64,000 nt of DNA from an uncultured Eggerthella sp. (GTDB lineage Bacteria; Actinomycetota; Coriobacteriia; Coriobacteriales; Eggerthellaceae): assembly GCA_900553605.1 (NCBI GenBank), contig USDX01000009.1, positions 245 to 64,244 of the forward strand, in the 5' to 3' direction. This document shows positions 1-8,901 of the stretch, piece after piece. The notes beneath the pieces were generated by a model, which was given only the letters and a program-made list of their open reading frames with translations, was not told the DNA's origin and made no database searches. The first letter of the stretch is position 1, and each line of letters starts with the position of its first letter. Position numbers and translations under genes: made by a program.

Positions 1-109
1 TCTGGGGTGTACTTGGGCGATGGCATGCTCATATCCGCCTCCGTTTCCTCCGTTGCCGACATCATGCCGAAACGGAAATCGATGTGTCAACGGATTCGGG
101 GCAGATTCA
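1..109 (-). mobile_element. Left end of an IS3-family-like element inserted in the IS1249-type transposase
   Basis: Minus strand from 109 begins TGAATCTGCCCCGAATCCGTTGACAC (TG start typical of IS3). It is followed by a GGAGG RBS and an ATG at 32 reading MSMPSPKYTP, resembling the IS3 OrfA start. Runs off the window edge. Confidence 0.7.
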
Positions 110-706
110 CTTCAGCAGCCTGAGGGCGATGCCGTAGAGCTCCTGGCCGCATGGGAGCTTCGGCCGGCTCGTGGTGCACCTTTTGACCTGGCAGAACGCG
201 TGGAATGTGCACCTCTGCAGCCTTGTGCGGGGCCATACGGCCCTGGCCGCCTTTGCGAAGCCGGCGCCGCCGTCGGTGACTGCCATGGCGGGCGCGGGGA
301 CGCGCGCCATCAGCGCCGCCCAGGCCGCGGAGCACTCGCTGCGGGCCAGCTGCCAGGCAAGCACGTGCTCGGGGCTCCTCGCCACCAGCACCACCGCCCG
401 CCGCCCCAGCCAGATGCCGTCGAGGTGCACGACGTCGCAGACCTCGCCCGTGGCCCGGGCTATGGGCCATATCCCCCAGAACTCCGAGGTCATGCGCTTG
501 AACGTCGCCCTCGAGCGGCCCATGTCGGCCTGCGTGCGCCGCGACAGCAGCCAGCCCAGGAACATGTCGAGCCTCTTGGCGGAGTTGTCGATCCTGCGCA
601 CCGACGACGAGCCGCAGCCCGGGCAGCGCCACCTCCTGCGCCCGGCGCCGGTCTTCCCGTTGCTGCTCATGGCCTTACCGCAAAGTGGACACCTCGGCCT
701 ATCCAT
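107..706 (-). pseudogene. IS256-family (IS1249-like) transposase, truncated at 199 aa
   Basis: N-terminal CPLC..RWRCPGC zinc ribbon, HLDGIW, VTDGG and QRCTFH motifs. The stop TGA is the first bases of the inserted IS3-like end. Confidence 0.85.
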
Positions 707-891
707 GGATGGCTCCCGTCACTAGGCAACTTTTCTCAAGAAAAGCGTCCGCTGACCAGGCATGTCAAGAGGAATACCTACACACTTTCTGAGCCACCGG
801 GAAGTTGATGCGAATCAACTTGAAAAGGTTGTTTTCGATATCTGACGTGGGGATACGCTCGGAAATTTACACACTTTTTGAGCCATAACCC
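110..891 (-). mobile_element. IS1249-like element, left portion with terminal repeat
   Basis: Minus strand from 891 reads GGGTTATGGCTCAAAAAGTGTGTA. An internal copy of TACACACTTTyTGAGCCA lies at 779-796 versus 868-885. Confidence 0.65.
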
Positions 892-1083
892 AAAAAAGGG
901 CAAACAGATTTGTCCTCTAGCAAGCACGGACGACTATCGTTGATCAAGGGGTCGAATTGACGGCGAAGCGAATTTAAGGCGAGACAAGCAAGGCTTGCTC
1001 GGCCCCACAGGTTCGAGTAGGTTCTAGTAGGGTTCGAGTAAAATCAATTTCAATTGGTATTGATGTAAAGCCCAGGGCCAGAG

Positions 1084-2355
1084 TTACGCGAGATCTTGCA
1101 GCAGGAACTTCCATGCGGGCTTGACCTCGATACATATATCGCCCTCTACGATTTCCCCTTCTTCTTCTTTTGTCACGATAAGTAGCCGACGAATAGACTC
1201 ATCGACACGTGCCAGCTTCAGTAGGTTGCCTATCTCGCGGGGCTTGGCGCTTTCGGAAAGTGAATAGGCAACCTGCACCGCAAGACCTTGTTCGGGCACG
1301 TAGAAATCTACGTCAATGCCGTGTTTTGATGATTTCAGGTAATGAAGCCCCTCGCCAAATACATCACGCATTGCTACAGCCACCTCATTTTCGAGTAAGG
1401 CCGGCTCCCTTCCAATTAGGAAAAGGTTGAGCAGTCCGTTGTCGCTGAAGTAGCGCTTCGGATTCCCCTCGCGCTCTACAAACTTTGCAACGGCGTTCTT
1501 CACTTCAAACAGCAGGTAGGCCTCGCGAGCCATGGCGAGGTAGTCTAGCAGCGTGGCCTTGCTAACGTTGTAGCCCAATCCGCGCAGCATCCCATGCAGT
1601 GCCGTGGCGGAGGTTTCGTTGCAGGCGGTTTCGGCCACCTTCTTCATAAGTACGCGAATGGCATCGGGGTTTCGCACGCCATTGCGTGCCACCACGTCTC
1701 CGAGTAAGACTTTTTGGTACACGTTTTCCGCATATTCGCGAGGAGAGTTATAGCGAAGCGACTCGGGAAACCCGCCATTCTGATAAAACGTATCGAATGC
1801 GCCCGCGATGGTTCCCCTGGTTTTTGTTGCGTATAGCGCCTCAGCGTCATGGGACACACCGGTAGCGTCGAGATACTCATCGAAACGGTAGGGAGTCACG
1901 TGCTTGACGAAATAGCGTCCGCCAAGAGTGGTAGCTATCTGGCTGCTAAGCATATTTGCATTGCTGCCGGTTATCCATACGCGTTCGCCAGCGTCGGCCA
2001 AGCGCCGCGCAAATTTTTCCCAGCCATCTACGTTTTGTATTTCATCAAAGAAGAAGAAACCTGATTGCCTGCTGAGCTCGCTTTGTGCTGACAGGATGTC
2101 ATTGAAGTCTCCGATGCGAAACTCCGCCAAACGCTCGTCCTCGAAATTGATGTAAATGATTCGGTTCCATTCCACGCCCGATTCCACCAGGTCTCGAGCT
2201 ATCTTGTAAAGCAAGGTCGACTTACCAGCACGGCGCAGGCCCGTAATCACGTAATTGGCCTGCGGATCAAGTGAATATCGCCGCGGCACGATGTGCGCAT
2301 TGCGGATGATTTCATGTTGGTCAAAGATGACGCTTTTCAGTATTTCAGGATTCAT
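1084..2355 (-). CDS. AAA+ ATP-binding protein (AAA_14/DUF4143 type)
   Basis: GLRRAGKS Walker A, FFFDEIQ Walker B, GGFPE, KRYFSDNG, and a C-terminal DVDF..AVQV nuclease-like motif. Confidence 0.9.
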   Translation of the reverse strand: MNPEILKSVIFDQHEIIRNAHIVPRRYSLDPQANYVITGLRRAGKSTLLYKIARDLVESGVEWNRIIYINFEDERLAEFRIGDFNDILSAQSELSRQSGFFFFDEIQNVDGWEKFARRLADAGERVWITGSNANMLSSQIATTLGGRYFVKHVTPYRFDEYLDATGVSHDAEALYATKTRGTIAGAFDTFYQNGGFPESLRYNSPREYAENVYQKVLLGDVVARNGVRNPDAIRVLMKKVAETACNETSATALHGMLRGLGYNVSKATLLDYLAMAREAYLLFEVKNAVAKFVEREGNPKRYFSDNGLLNLFLIGREPALLENEVAVAMRDVFGEGLHYLKSSKHGIDVDFYVPEQGLAVQVAYSLSESAKPREIGNLLKLARVDESIRRLLIVTKEEEGEIVEGDICIEVKPAWKFLLQDLA

Positions 2356-2363
2356 GGAATACC

Positions 2364-2452
2364 AATCTGTTCAATATACTGGACAGATTATAGGTCATTT
2401 TGTTCAGTATATTGAACAAAAACAGGGTAAAACCGTTCGGTATATTGAACGG
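2364..2452. promoter_or_regulatory. Three palindromic GTTC-N8-G(A/G)AC sites upstream of the ATPase
   Basis: Copies at 2364-2389, 2398-2421 and 2433-2452, about 33 bp apart. Confidence 0.6.
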
Positions 2453-2468
2453 ATGGAGCTTAGCTGCT

Positions 2469-3140
2469 CTATCCCAAAAGTTCTTTGCGGCACGTGACGA
2501 GCCATTCTGCAAGCTCTCGGATTCCCTCCCCGGTGCGTGCGCACGTTTCGAATATCTCAAGGTGAGGGTTGAGCACGCGCGCTTGTTTGCGCAGCGCTGC
2601 CATATCGAAATCAGGATTAAGCGGAAGATAGTCGGTTTTGGTCACGATGAGTGCGTCCACTACTGCGAACATGGGCGGATACTTGTACACCTTGTCATAC
2701 CCTTCGGGAACCGAAAGCAGCATGACGCGTTTGTGCGCACCGGTGTCGAACTCTGCCGGACAAACCAGATTGCCGATGTTCTCTAGAAACAAGTAATCAA
2801 AATGCTGCCCGCCAAACGCCTGGAAAGCGCGTTCGACCATGCTCATCTCAACATGGCATATTCCCCGCGTTTCAAGCTGCACTGCTTGTATGCCTGCATC
2901 CTTGATCTTCCGCGAATCCACGAACGACTCCAAGTCCGCCTCGATGATGCCGATGCTTGCGGATTTCCGCAGTTCTTCAATGAGCGCTAGCAGCAAGGTG
3001 GTCTTTCCTGCGCCGGGAGACGCCATAACATCCACGAAGAAGGTGCCCTGGTGTTCAAGCATCTTTCGAAAACTGTTTGCGGCATTGGTGTTGTCGGCGA
3101 GGATATCTTCTTTTATCTCTACGATGCGTGATTCTTCCAT
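2469..3140 (-). CDS. hypB: Nickel incorporation GTPase HypB
   Basis: ASPGAGKTT, GICH, ENIGNLVCPAEFDTG, KYP and TKTD motifs. Confidence 0.93.
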   Translation of the reverse strand: MEESRIVEIKEDILADNTNAANSFRKMLEHQGTFFVDVMASPGAGKTTLLLALIEELRKSASIGIIEADLESFVDSRKIKDAGIQAVQLETRGICHVEMSMVERAFQAFGGQHFDYLFLENIGNLVCPAEFDTGAHKRVMLLSVPEGYDKVYKYPPMFAVVDALIVTKTDYLPLNPDFDMAALRKQARVLNPHLEIFETCARTGEGIRELAEWLVTCRKELLG

Positions 3141-3204
3141 CGGTAACCCCTCTTCAATGGGAAGGCGGCTTCCCTAAAGCCAGAGGGAGCCGCCAAAGCA
3201 AATG

Positions 3205-4425
3205 TTAATCAACCGTTTTGCCCATGATCTTGTTTGCAGCGTAAATGCCGCTGATGCATGCAGGCTCCAGGCCCAAACCGTTCACGTCACCCGCCATAAT
3301 GAGGTCTGGCGCCAGGTTTTGCGGCAAAGCCTCATGGGCGGCAGTGTACAGAGCATGGCTCCAGTACTTCTTTCCTATAACCGTCCACTCGTCGAAGTAC
3401 TCGTCGAATTTGCGTGTTTCCTCGAAATCGACTTCGGTGAACACCTCGTAATCGCCGTCGAAGCGCTTAGCGATATAGATGATCGGGATAGTGTCATCGA
3501 ACAGGTGAACAAGGTGCCCACGGAATTTCCTCTTGACTTTCCCTCGCACCAGATAGCCCGTAAGCTCAGAAGCCTTGCGAATATCCAGTGCGGGAATTCC
3601 CCCGATGGGCTCCAGAAGGCGCTGCGTGTCTACGGCGGGGGACGCCATAACCAGATTGCTTGCCGTAAAGCGTCCTGCGCCGCATTCGACAGCCCAGCCC
3701 TCGTCACACTTTTCAACCTGAGTTATTTCGTCGATAAGAACTTTTCCCGAACCCTGCGCCAAGCGCCGCTTGGTCCCTTCGGAATCGAAGTCGAAGCGCT
3801 TCAGGTCGAAGAGCAGCCGCAGGGGAGGGATCTTCATGGTAAGAGGCTGCACGGTGTTCAGATAATCGAGGGCGGTAAGGTCCTTGATCTTCGTTCCTGT
3901 GCATGCGTGGGCGAACATGCTGATCAGATCGTGAGCGATGGGCCCAAAGCCCATTCGCTCGATCATGTCTGTTGCCGATTCTTGATACAGCTGCTTGATC
4001 ATGGGGTCCTTTTCAAGGGCGGCCGTGACTTCCATCACCGTGCAGTTGTCCTTGAACTGGGTGTAGCGGGGGATGAACTCCTCGCGCATCCACTTCATGT
4101 ACTTCAGAAGCGAAGGCGCGTCGGCAATTGTTGTAGGGGAAACCGGTTCGTACTGTTTTCCGTTGTCGTGATGGCAGCAGCCGGCGCTCAAGGCAGGCAG
4201 GACATCAGGTCCTTCGATTAGCAGCTCTGAGCGGAGCATATATTTGTAGGTTCCGAAATAGAACACTGCGCCGTAGTTCATGTGGCGTTGTTCGTCGTTG
4301 CAGATTCGCCCGCCAATATTGGGGCTGATTAGCAGGTATTCGCGATCGTTCTTCTGAAGCTCCAAGCAGCAGTTCACGCCAGCTGCACCAGCTCCAACCA
4401 CGATGGTTTCGTAATGCGTTTTCAT
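3205..4425 (-). CDS. FAD-dependent oxidoreductase
   Basis: N-terminal VVGAGAAG Rossmann motif, GGRI, and C-terminal MAGD..GLEPACISG. ATGA-type overlap context with upstream genes. Confidence 0.85.
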   Translation of the reverse strand: MKTHYETIVVGAGAAGVNCCLELQKNDREYLLISPNIGGRICNDEQRHMNYGAVFYFGTYKYMLRSELLIEGPDVLPALSAGCCHHDNGKQYEPVSPTTIADAPSLLKYMKWMREEFIPRYTQFKDNCTVMEVTAALEKDPMIKQLYQESATDMIERMGFGPIAHDLISMFAHACTGTKIKDLTALDYLNTVQPLTMKIPPLRLLFDLKRFDFDSEGTKRRLAQGSGKVLIDEITQVEKCDEGWAVECGAGRFTASNLVMASPAVDTQRLLEPIGGIPALDIRKASELTGYLVRGKVKRKFRGHLVHLFDDTIPIIYIAKRFDGDYEVFTEVDFEETRKFDEYFDEWTVIGKKYWSHALYTAAHEALPQNLAPDLIMAGDVNGLGLEPACISGIYAANKIMGKTVD

Positions 4426-4440
4426 GACGCCTTCTTTCCC

Positions 4441-5484
4441 TTAGTCGAAGTAACGCTTGCGGAAGTCTCTGCGACCCTCCGCCAAGCCGGTGATTGTTTC
4501 CATGCAGCAGCGCCCCATGACAAGGGATGCGGTTCCCAGAATGAAAACAACGAAATACTTGTGGATGGGAGTGCGCAGGAAAGGATCGAAATGACAATCG
4601 CAGCGATAGATGAAGCGCGATTGGGTTTCATTGATCTGATACACTTCCCAGTTCCACGTCCATGCAAAGCGGTGGAACCACAGACGAAGCGCGCCTTCCT
4701 GATTTGGACCGCGGTTTTTCCACGTTGGGTCGGTAGCCGTATCGGAGTGGGCTGCCCAATAGTAGAGGCCGTTTTCTCCGTTGGAACAATCGGTTACCCA
4801 TTCGCCAATCGAAAGCGGTGCCTGGTGAAACCACTGAAACTCACCAACGTGGAGGTTCTGCCACTGAGGGTATTTCTTCCAGTCGTAATGATTGCGGATG
4901 TCGAAGGTGAACAGGCGCTCCAAGCGCTCAAAGCTGTACCAACCGCCTTTTGATTGGCCTGCCTGTTGCATGTAGGGCCATATCTCTTCGGGGAGGGCGT
5001 TGACCGTAATGCCTCCGTCGTAACGAAGCGTCTTTTCTCCGTTGTGGAAGTGGTCGTCGCCCTTGAGATTGTAGGCGCGCTCGGCATCGGTCATCTTCGT
5101 GCGCAAGCCGTAGATCCACAACATCGAAAGCACAATAAAGCACGCGCCGCAGATGCACCAAAGGATGTTCCATGCCGTGACGCCAGGGCCGAACAGCTGG
5201 AGCAGGTAATCGGTTTTGTTGATCCCCAAAGCCAAGAGGGCGAATCGGGTGATCATGCTTGCGCCCCAACCGATAAGGCCGTACCAAATTGCCTCGGCGC
5301 TGCATTCCATCATCTTTTTCTTGTGGCCGATGGCCCAATCAATCAAAACGCCTATGATGCCCAGGAAATACCCCAACAGCACAAAACCTACTTTGGTGGC
5401 TTTGGAGAAGCGGTCCATGAAGCGAGGCTGTTTTTCGGGCATTGAAGGCAAAGCTCCATTTGCTGCTTTTGCCATGAGTGTCAC
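4441..5484 (-). CDS. Membrane protein with C-terminal SRPBCC-like domain
   Basis: Three hydrophobic segments, then PEEIWPYMQQAGQSKGGWYSFERLE, which resembles SRPBCC-family signatures. Confidence 0.65.
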   Translation of the reverse strand: MTLMAKAANGALPSMPEKQPRFMDRFSKATKVGFVLLGYFLGIIGVLIDWAIGHKKKMMECSAEAIWYGLIGWGASMITRFALLALGINKTDYLLQLFGPGVTAWNILWCICGACFIVLSMLWIYGLRTKMTDAERAYNLKGDDHFHNGEKTLRYDGGITVNALPEEIWPYMQQAGQSKGGWYSFERLERLFTFDIRNHYDWKKYPQWQNLHVGEFQWFHQAPLSIGEWVTDCSNGENGLYYWAAHSDTATDPTWKNRGPNQEGALRLWFHRFAWTWNWEVYQINETQSRFIYRCDCHFDPFLRTPIHKYFVVFILGTASLVMGRCCMETITGLAEGRRDFRKRYFD

Positions 5485-5503
5485 GCCCCTTCTTTCTAGC
5501 TAA

Positions 5504-6868
5504 CTATTTCTTGTGTTTAAGGAGCAGCCACGCCAATGCGCCTATGCCAATGGCGCCTGCCACATATTTCTTGTTGTACTTGAAGAAGGCTTTCGCGCTT
5601 GTGCATCCAAGGTTTCGCGCCGCCTCGTCGGCAAGAGCTACGGTTTTTTGGCCCGCTGCCTGCATAATTGCCATCGGATCCATTTCGGTATCCTTCCACT
5701 CGTAGTCTGCCGGAGGAATCTCCATCGTGCATTTATCCATGACCATGTCGATTCTTCCTTCTTCTAGGAAGTATTCATGGATGCTTTCACGTAGGGGCAT
5801 GGTTTGCTGAAGGGTGATGGCGTCGTTCGGGCAGACGCTCTTGCAGTACCCGCAGCCGATGCAATGGTCTTGGTCGATTGTCACCTTGCCATCGGGATTC
5901 ACCGTGATGATTTCCTGCGGGCACTTCTTGGCGCAGTTGCCGCAACCCGTGCATTTCTCGTGGTCGATTACCGCCGTAAAGCCAGCGCCGCTGAATCGGT
6001 TCTTTATAGTGCGGTTCGCATTCTTGCAAACGTCGAGCGCCACGCAGCAGCAAGGGCAGCAGAAGCAGATTTCCATGAACTCATCCATCTTCTGATTTTC
6101 GAAGCCCCAAACCATCTGTTCGAGCTCAACATATAATGCCTGTCCGATCAAACCCGCATCGCGGGCATCGTAGACATGCTGTTTAGCCTCTTCCTTCGTT
6201 ACCGGCTTTGCCAGCCCGTTTTTCACCGCCGTTACTCCCGCCATGTTGAAGAACAGGCAGCCCAGCGTTTTTTCGTATTCGGAGCAGTCGTGGGCGGAAC
6301 GGCAAATGCACCGATTCATTTGAGCGATGTATTCAGCGCCATCGATGGCGTCCATGATCAGATCTATGGGCAAAACCGCGGTTTTGCCTTCCTCGACCAT
6401 GTCCACATTAAGGGGCAGCACAGTGCCGTGCGTGTACATTTTCTCATCGGGCGAAAACTGGGTAGCCCTTTTATAGAGCTCTGGAATGATACCCTCTTTT
6501 CCCGTAAGCTTTGCTCCCGATACGATCATCATGAACACCTTAAGGGTGCGGTCCCATGTTTTTGGCGTTGTGGCCAGCACCTTTGTCATGATGAAGTCTT
6601 TGATTCCCAGCCCGCGCGGGTGGTTTTCGTGCAGGGGCTTGTCTGGCAGCTCCCTGCGGTGCAGGCGGCCTTCGTCCAAGAAAAGCACTTCCCCCTGCGG
6701 GGTGATGTTGCCGCCGTCGCGCGGGTCGAGCGAGGCAATTACCTCATCAGGAACCCCGATGCTCTTCAGTTTCTCGTAATCGATACCTGGCTTTACCCGA
6801 ACGGAAGTTGCTTGCGTTTCCGTAGCGTTCTCTTGAGCTTGGTTGAGCATTTCTTCCCCTTTATGCAT
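5504..6868 (-). CDS. Cys-rich 4Fe-4S binding protein with C-terminal membrane anchor
   Basis: CICR..C..GC, CFCCPCCC, two CxxCxxCxxxCP motifs and a hydrophobic tail. Confidence 0.85.
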   Translation of the reverse strand: MHKGEEMLNQAQENATETQATSVRVKPGIDYEKLKSIGVPDEVIASLDPRDGGNITPQGEVLFLDEGRLHRRELPDKPLHENHPRGLGIKDFIMTKVLATTPKTWDRTLKVFMMIVSGAKLTGKEGIIPELYKRATQFSPDEKMYTHGTVLPLNVDMVEEGKTAVLPIDLIMDAIDGAEYIAQMNRCICRSAHDCSEYEKTLGCLFFNMAGVTAVKNGLAKPVTKEEAKQHVYDARDAGLIGQALYVELEQMVWGFENQKMDEFMEICFCCPCCCVALDVCKNANRTIKNRFSGAGFTAVIDHEKCTGCGNCAKKCPQEIITVNPDGKVTIDQDHCIGCGYCKSVCPNDAITLQQTMPLRESIHEYFLEEGRIDMVMDKCTMEIPPADYEWKDTEMDPMAIMQAAGQKTVALADEAARNLGCTSAKAFFKYNKKYVAGAIGIGALAWLLLKHKK

Positions 6869-6929
6869 TTCCCGCTCCTTCCTTTTCCGAACGATTTATT
6901 TCCCCTTGTTCGTAATACGTGAAGTAGGC

Positions 6930-7280
6930 CTATCTGATTTCGATTTCCTTGATAAGGAGTTCTCCGCCGGTGACCATGTCGTAGTTTTCGCTTCCGCAAT
7001 CGGGGCAGCACATATGCCTGTCGCTGCCCATGGCAAGCTGGAAGGTTGATCCGCAGTCGTTGCAGTAAAAAGCCATAGGTACCTTCTGGATCTTGATTTT
7101 TGCGCCTTCGGCAAGGGTGCCTTTTGCGCAGCGGTCGAAATAGCGCTGCACCCATTCTTCTTCCAAGTTGCGCATTTCGCCTATAACCAGGCTCACCGAA
7201 AGAACCTGTTTGGCCTGTTGGTCGCATGCGTTGCGCAATACAACGTCAACGATGCTTCTGGTTACCCCAAGTTCGTGCAT
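6930..7280 (-). CDS. hypA: Nickel metallochaperone HypA
   Basis: MHELG start (ATG at 7280), two CxxC motifs, and a GGELLIKEIE C-terminus. Confidence 0.93.
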   Translation of the reverse strand: MHELGVTRSIVDVVLRNACDQQAKQVLSVSLVIGEMRNLEEEWVQRYFDRCAKGTLAEGAKIKIQKVPMAFYCNDCGSTFQLAMGSDRHMCCPDCGSENYDMVTGGELLIKEIEIR

Positions 7281-7395
7281 TTTGTCCGCCTTTCCCCTCA
7301 AGGCAGCAGAACGAAGCTCCTGATTTCCCCATTTGCCAGGACGTATCAAGCGACGATACAGCTTCGTACTCTGACAAGTAGTATTCTAATTGCAG

Positions 7396-7411
7396 CATGA
7401 ACGTGTTCATG
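7396..7411. promoter_or_regulatory. Palindrome CATGAAC-GT-GTTCATG, candidate operator
   Basis: Perfect 7-bp arms between the divergent hypA and TetR genes. Confidence 0.5.
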
Positions 7412-7508
7412 AAGAACGAGACATTTTGCCGGGGATTGTATTAGCTGTATTAGCCCAGCTGAGCGCACTTCGCAGAACGCCATTTCGGGAACAAAAGACG
7501 AGGTAACG

Positions 7509-8156
7509 ATGATCCCTATTCGACAGCTGCCAAAATCGCCAACGCGAAAGTGCTTTGAAGAGGCATTTCTTGAGCTCTATGCCCAAAAGCCGCTCGATCA
7601 AATCAGCGTTATGGCTCTTACGGAAAAGGCGGGCTATTCACGGGCGACGTTTTACCGCAACTATTACAGCATCAGCAATGTTCTTGAGTCCGTCGAAGAA
7701 GAAAACACCTGCACTTCAACCTGCCAAGCCATTATTTCGTGCTTAGACGATATTACGCTTGAGCAGGCTACCGATGCGATGGCCGACTTTTATCAAAAAC
7801 GCTTCAGGGAAGTTTCCATTTTGGCGAACGGGGAATATGGGTCTATTTACCTTGATAAGCAGTGTGAGCCGATGAAACAGCTGTTCGCCGCATTGTTGGA
7901 TAGGGGCTTTGAGCTTTCTTCTTTCCAGCTTGATGTTATTTCGGAGTACATCGCTTCGGCGAAAGTGGGCATGCTTCGGCTGTGGGTAAATGATCCAAGC
8001 AAGATTACTCTTAACCATTTGAACAAGATGACGGAAAACATCTTCGAATCGAGGCTTTGGACCTACCTTGCAAAGTGCCTTTCGGGCGATGGCGCCAAAC
8101 GGGACAAGATCGTGCTTCCCGAGGAGTTCCCGGATTATCCCTGGATGATGAAGTAG
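7509..8156 (+). CDS. TetR/AcrR family regulator
   Basis: N-terminal HTH ISVMALTEKAGYSRATFYRNY; divergent from hypA. Confidence 0.88.
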   Translation: MIPIRQLPKSPTRKCFEEAFLELYAQKPLDQISVMALTEKAGYSRATFYRNYYSISNVLESVEEENTCTSTCQAIISCLDDITLEQATDAMADFYQKRFREVSILANGEYGSIYLDKQCEPMKQLFAALLDRGFELSSFQLDVISEYIASAKVGMLRLWVNDPSKITLNHLNKMTENIFESRLWTYLAKCLSGDGAKRDKIVLPEEFPDYPWMMK

Positions 8157-8210
8157 GGGCATGTCTCTACCTGCAATCCTGAAGCTGCAAGGAAGAAGGC
8201 CATCGCTCAA

Positions 8211-8226
8211 CTAAATGGCTATTTAG
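8211..8226 (+). repeat. Shufflon site A, CTAAATGGCTATTTAG
   Basis: Exact 16-mer shared with sites B, C and D. Confidence 0.9.
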
Positions 8227-8885
8227 AAGAGCTGTTCGCGGCTCTATTCTCCGAGCTGATTTCAAGCCGGGATTATAGTTACGTCCCATTGACTGATGTC
8301 ATATTTTTTCAAGAAGGCCCCGGAATAAGGAATTGGCAATATGTTTACGATGGAGACGGAGTTAACTTCATCAACATACGATGTATCCAAAACCATGACC
8401 TTGATTTGTCGAAGGCGAACCAAATCTCAGTCGAAGAGGCGTACGGTAAGTACGATCATTTTTTGGTAAAGCCCGGGGATATCCTGATGTCGTCCTCGGG
8501 AACCTTGGGTCGTTATGCGATTGCACGGCAAGAGCATCTCCCGCTTTGCATGAATACATCAGTGATCCGTTTCAGGCCGCTTGCTGATTCCGCTGCCTAT
8601 GCTTTTGTATACGGGTATCTTATTTCGCGAGAGTTTTATAACCACCTAACAGGCATGGCAAATGGAAGTGCGCAGGTAAATTTTGGGCCGACGCATCTAA
8701 AGAAAATAGAGGTACCTTGGCCTGACGAAGACGTAATACGTACCTTTAATAAAATGACAATGCCCCTCATTGAAACAATGAACGCTTTGCGTAGCGAATC
8801 GAATAAACTAGCTACCCTTCGTAACACTCTTCTCCCCAAGCTCATGTCGGGCGAGATTGACGTCTCGAAGGTCGACCTCACGCAG

Positions 8886-8901
8886 CTAAATAGCCATTTA
8901 G
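8886..8901 (-). repeat. Shufflon site B (inverted)
   Basis: CTAAATAGCCATTTAG on +, the reverse complement of site A. Confidence 0.9.

Larger units (their letters stand above)
8211..8901 (+). other. hsdS: Silent HsdS C-terminal TRD cassette bounded by recombination sites A and B
   Basis: Frame from 8211 reads LNGYLEELF...LRNTLLPKLMSGEIDVSKVDLTQLNSHL, matching both ends of the C-half of the intact hsdS. No start codon or RBS between the TetR stop and site A. Confidence 0.88.

Noticed and set aside
1008..1040. Short AGGTTCGAGT triplication resembling a tRNA T-loop
   Set aside because: No cloverleaf; only a 10-bp microrepeat.
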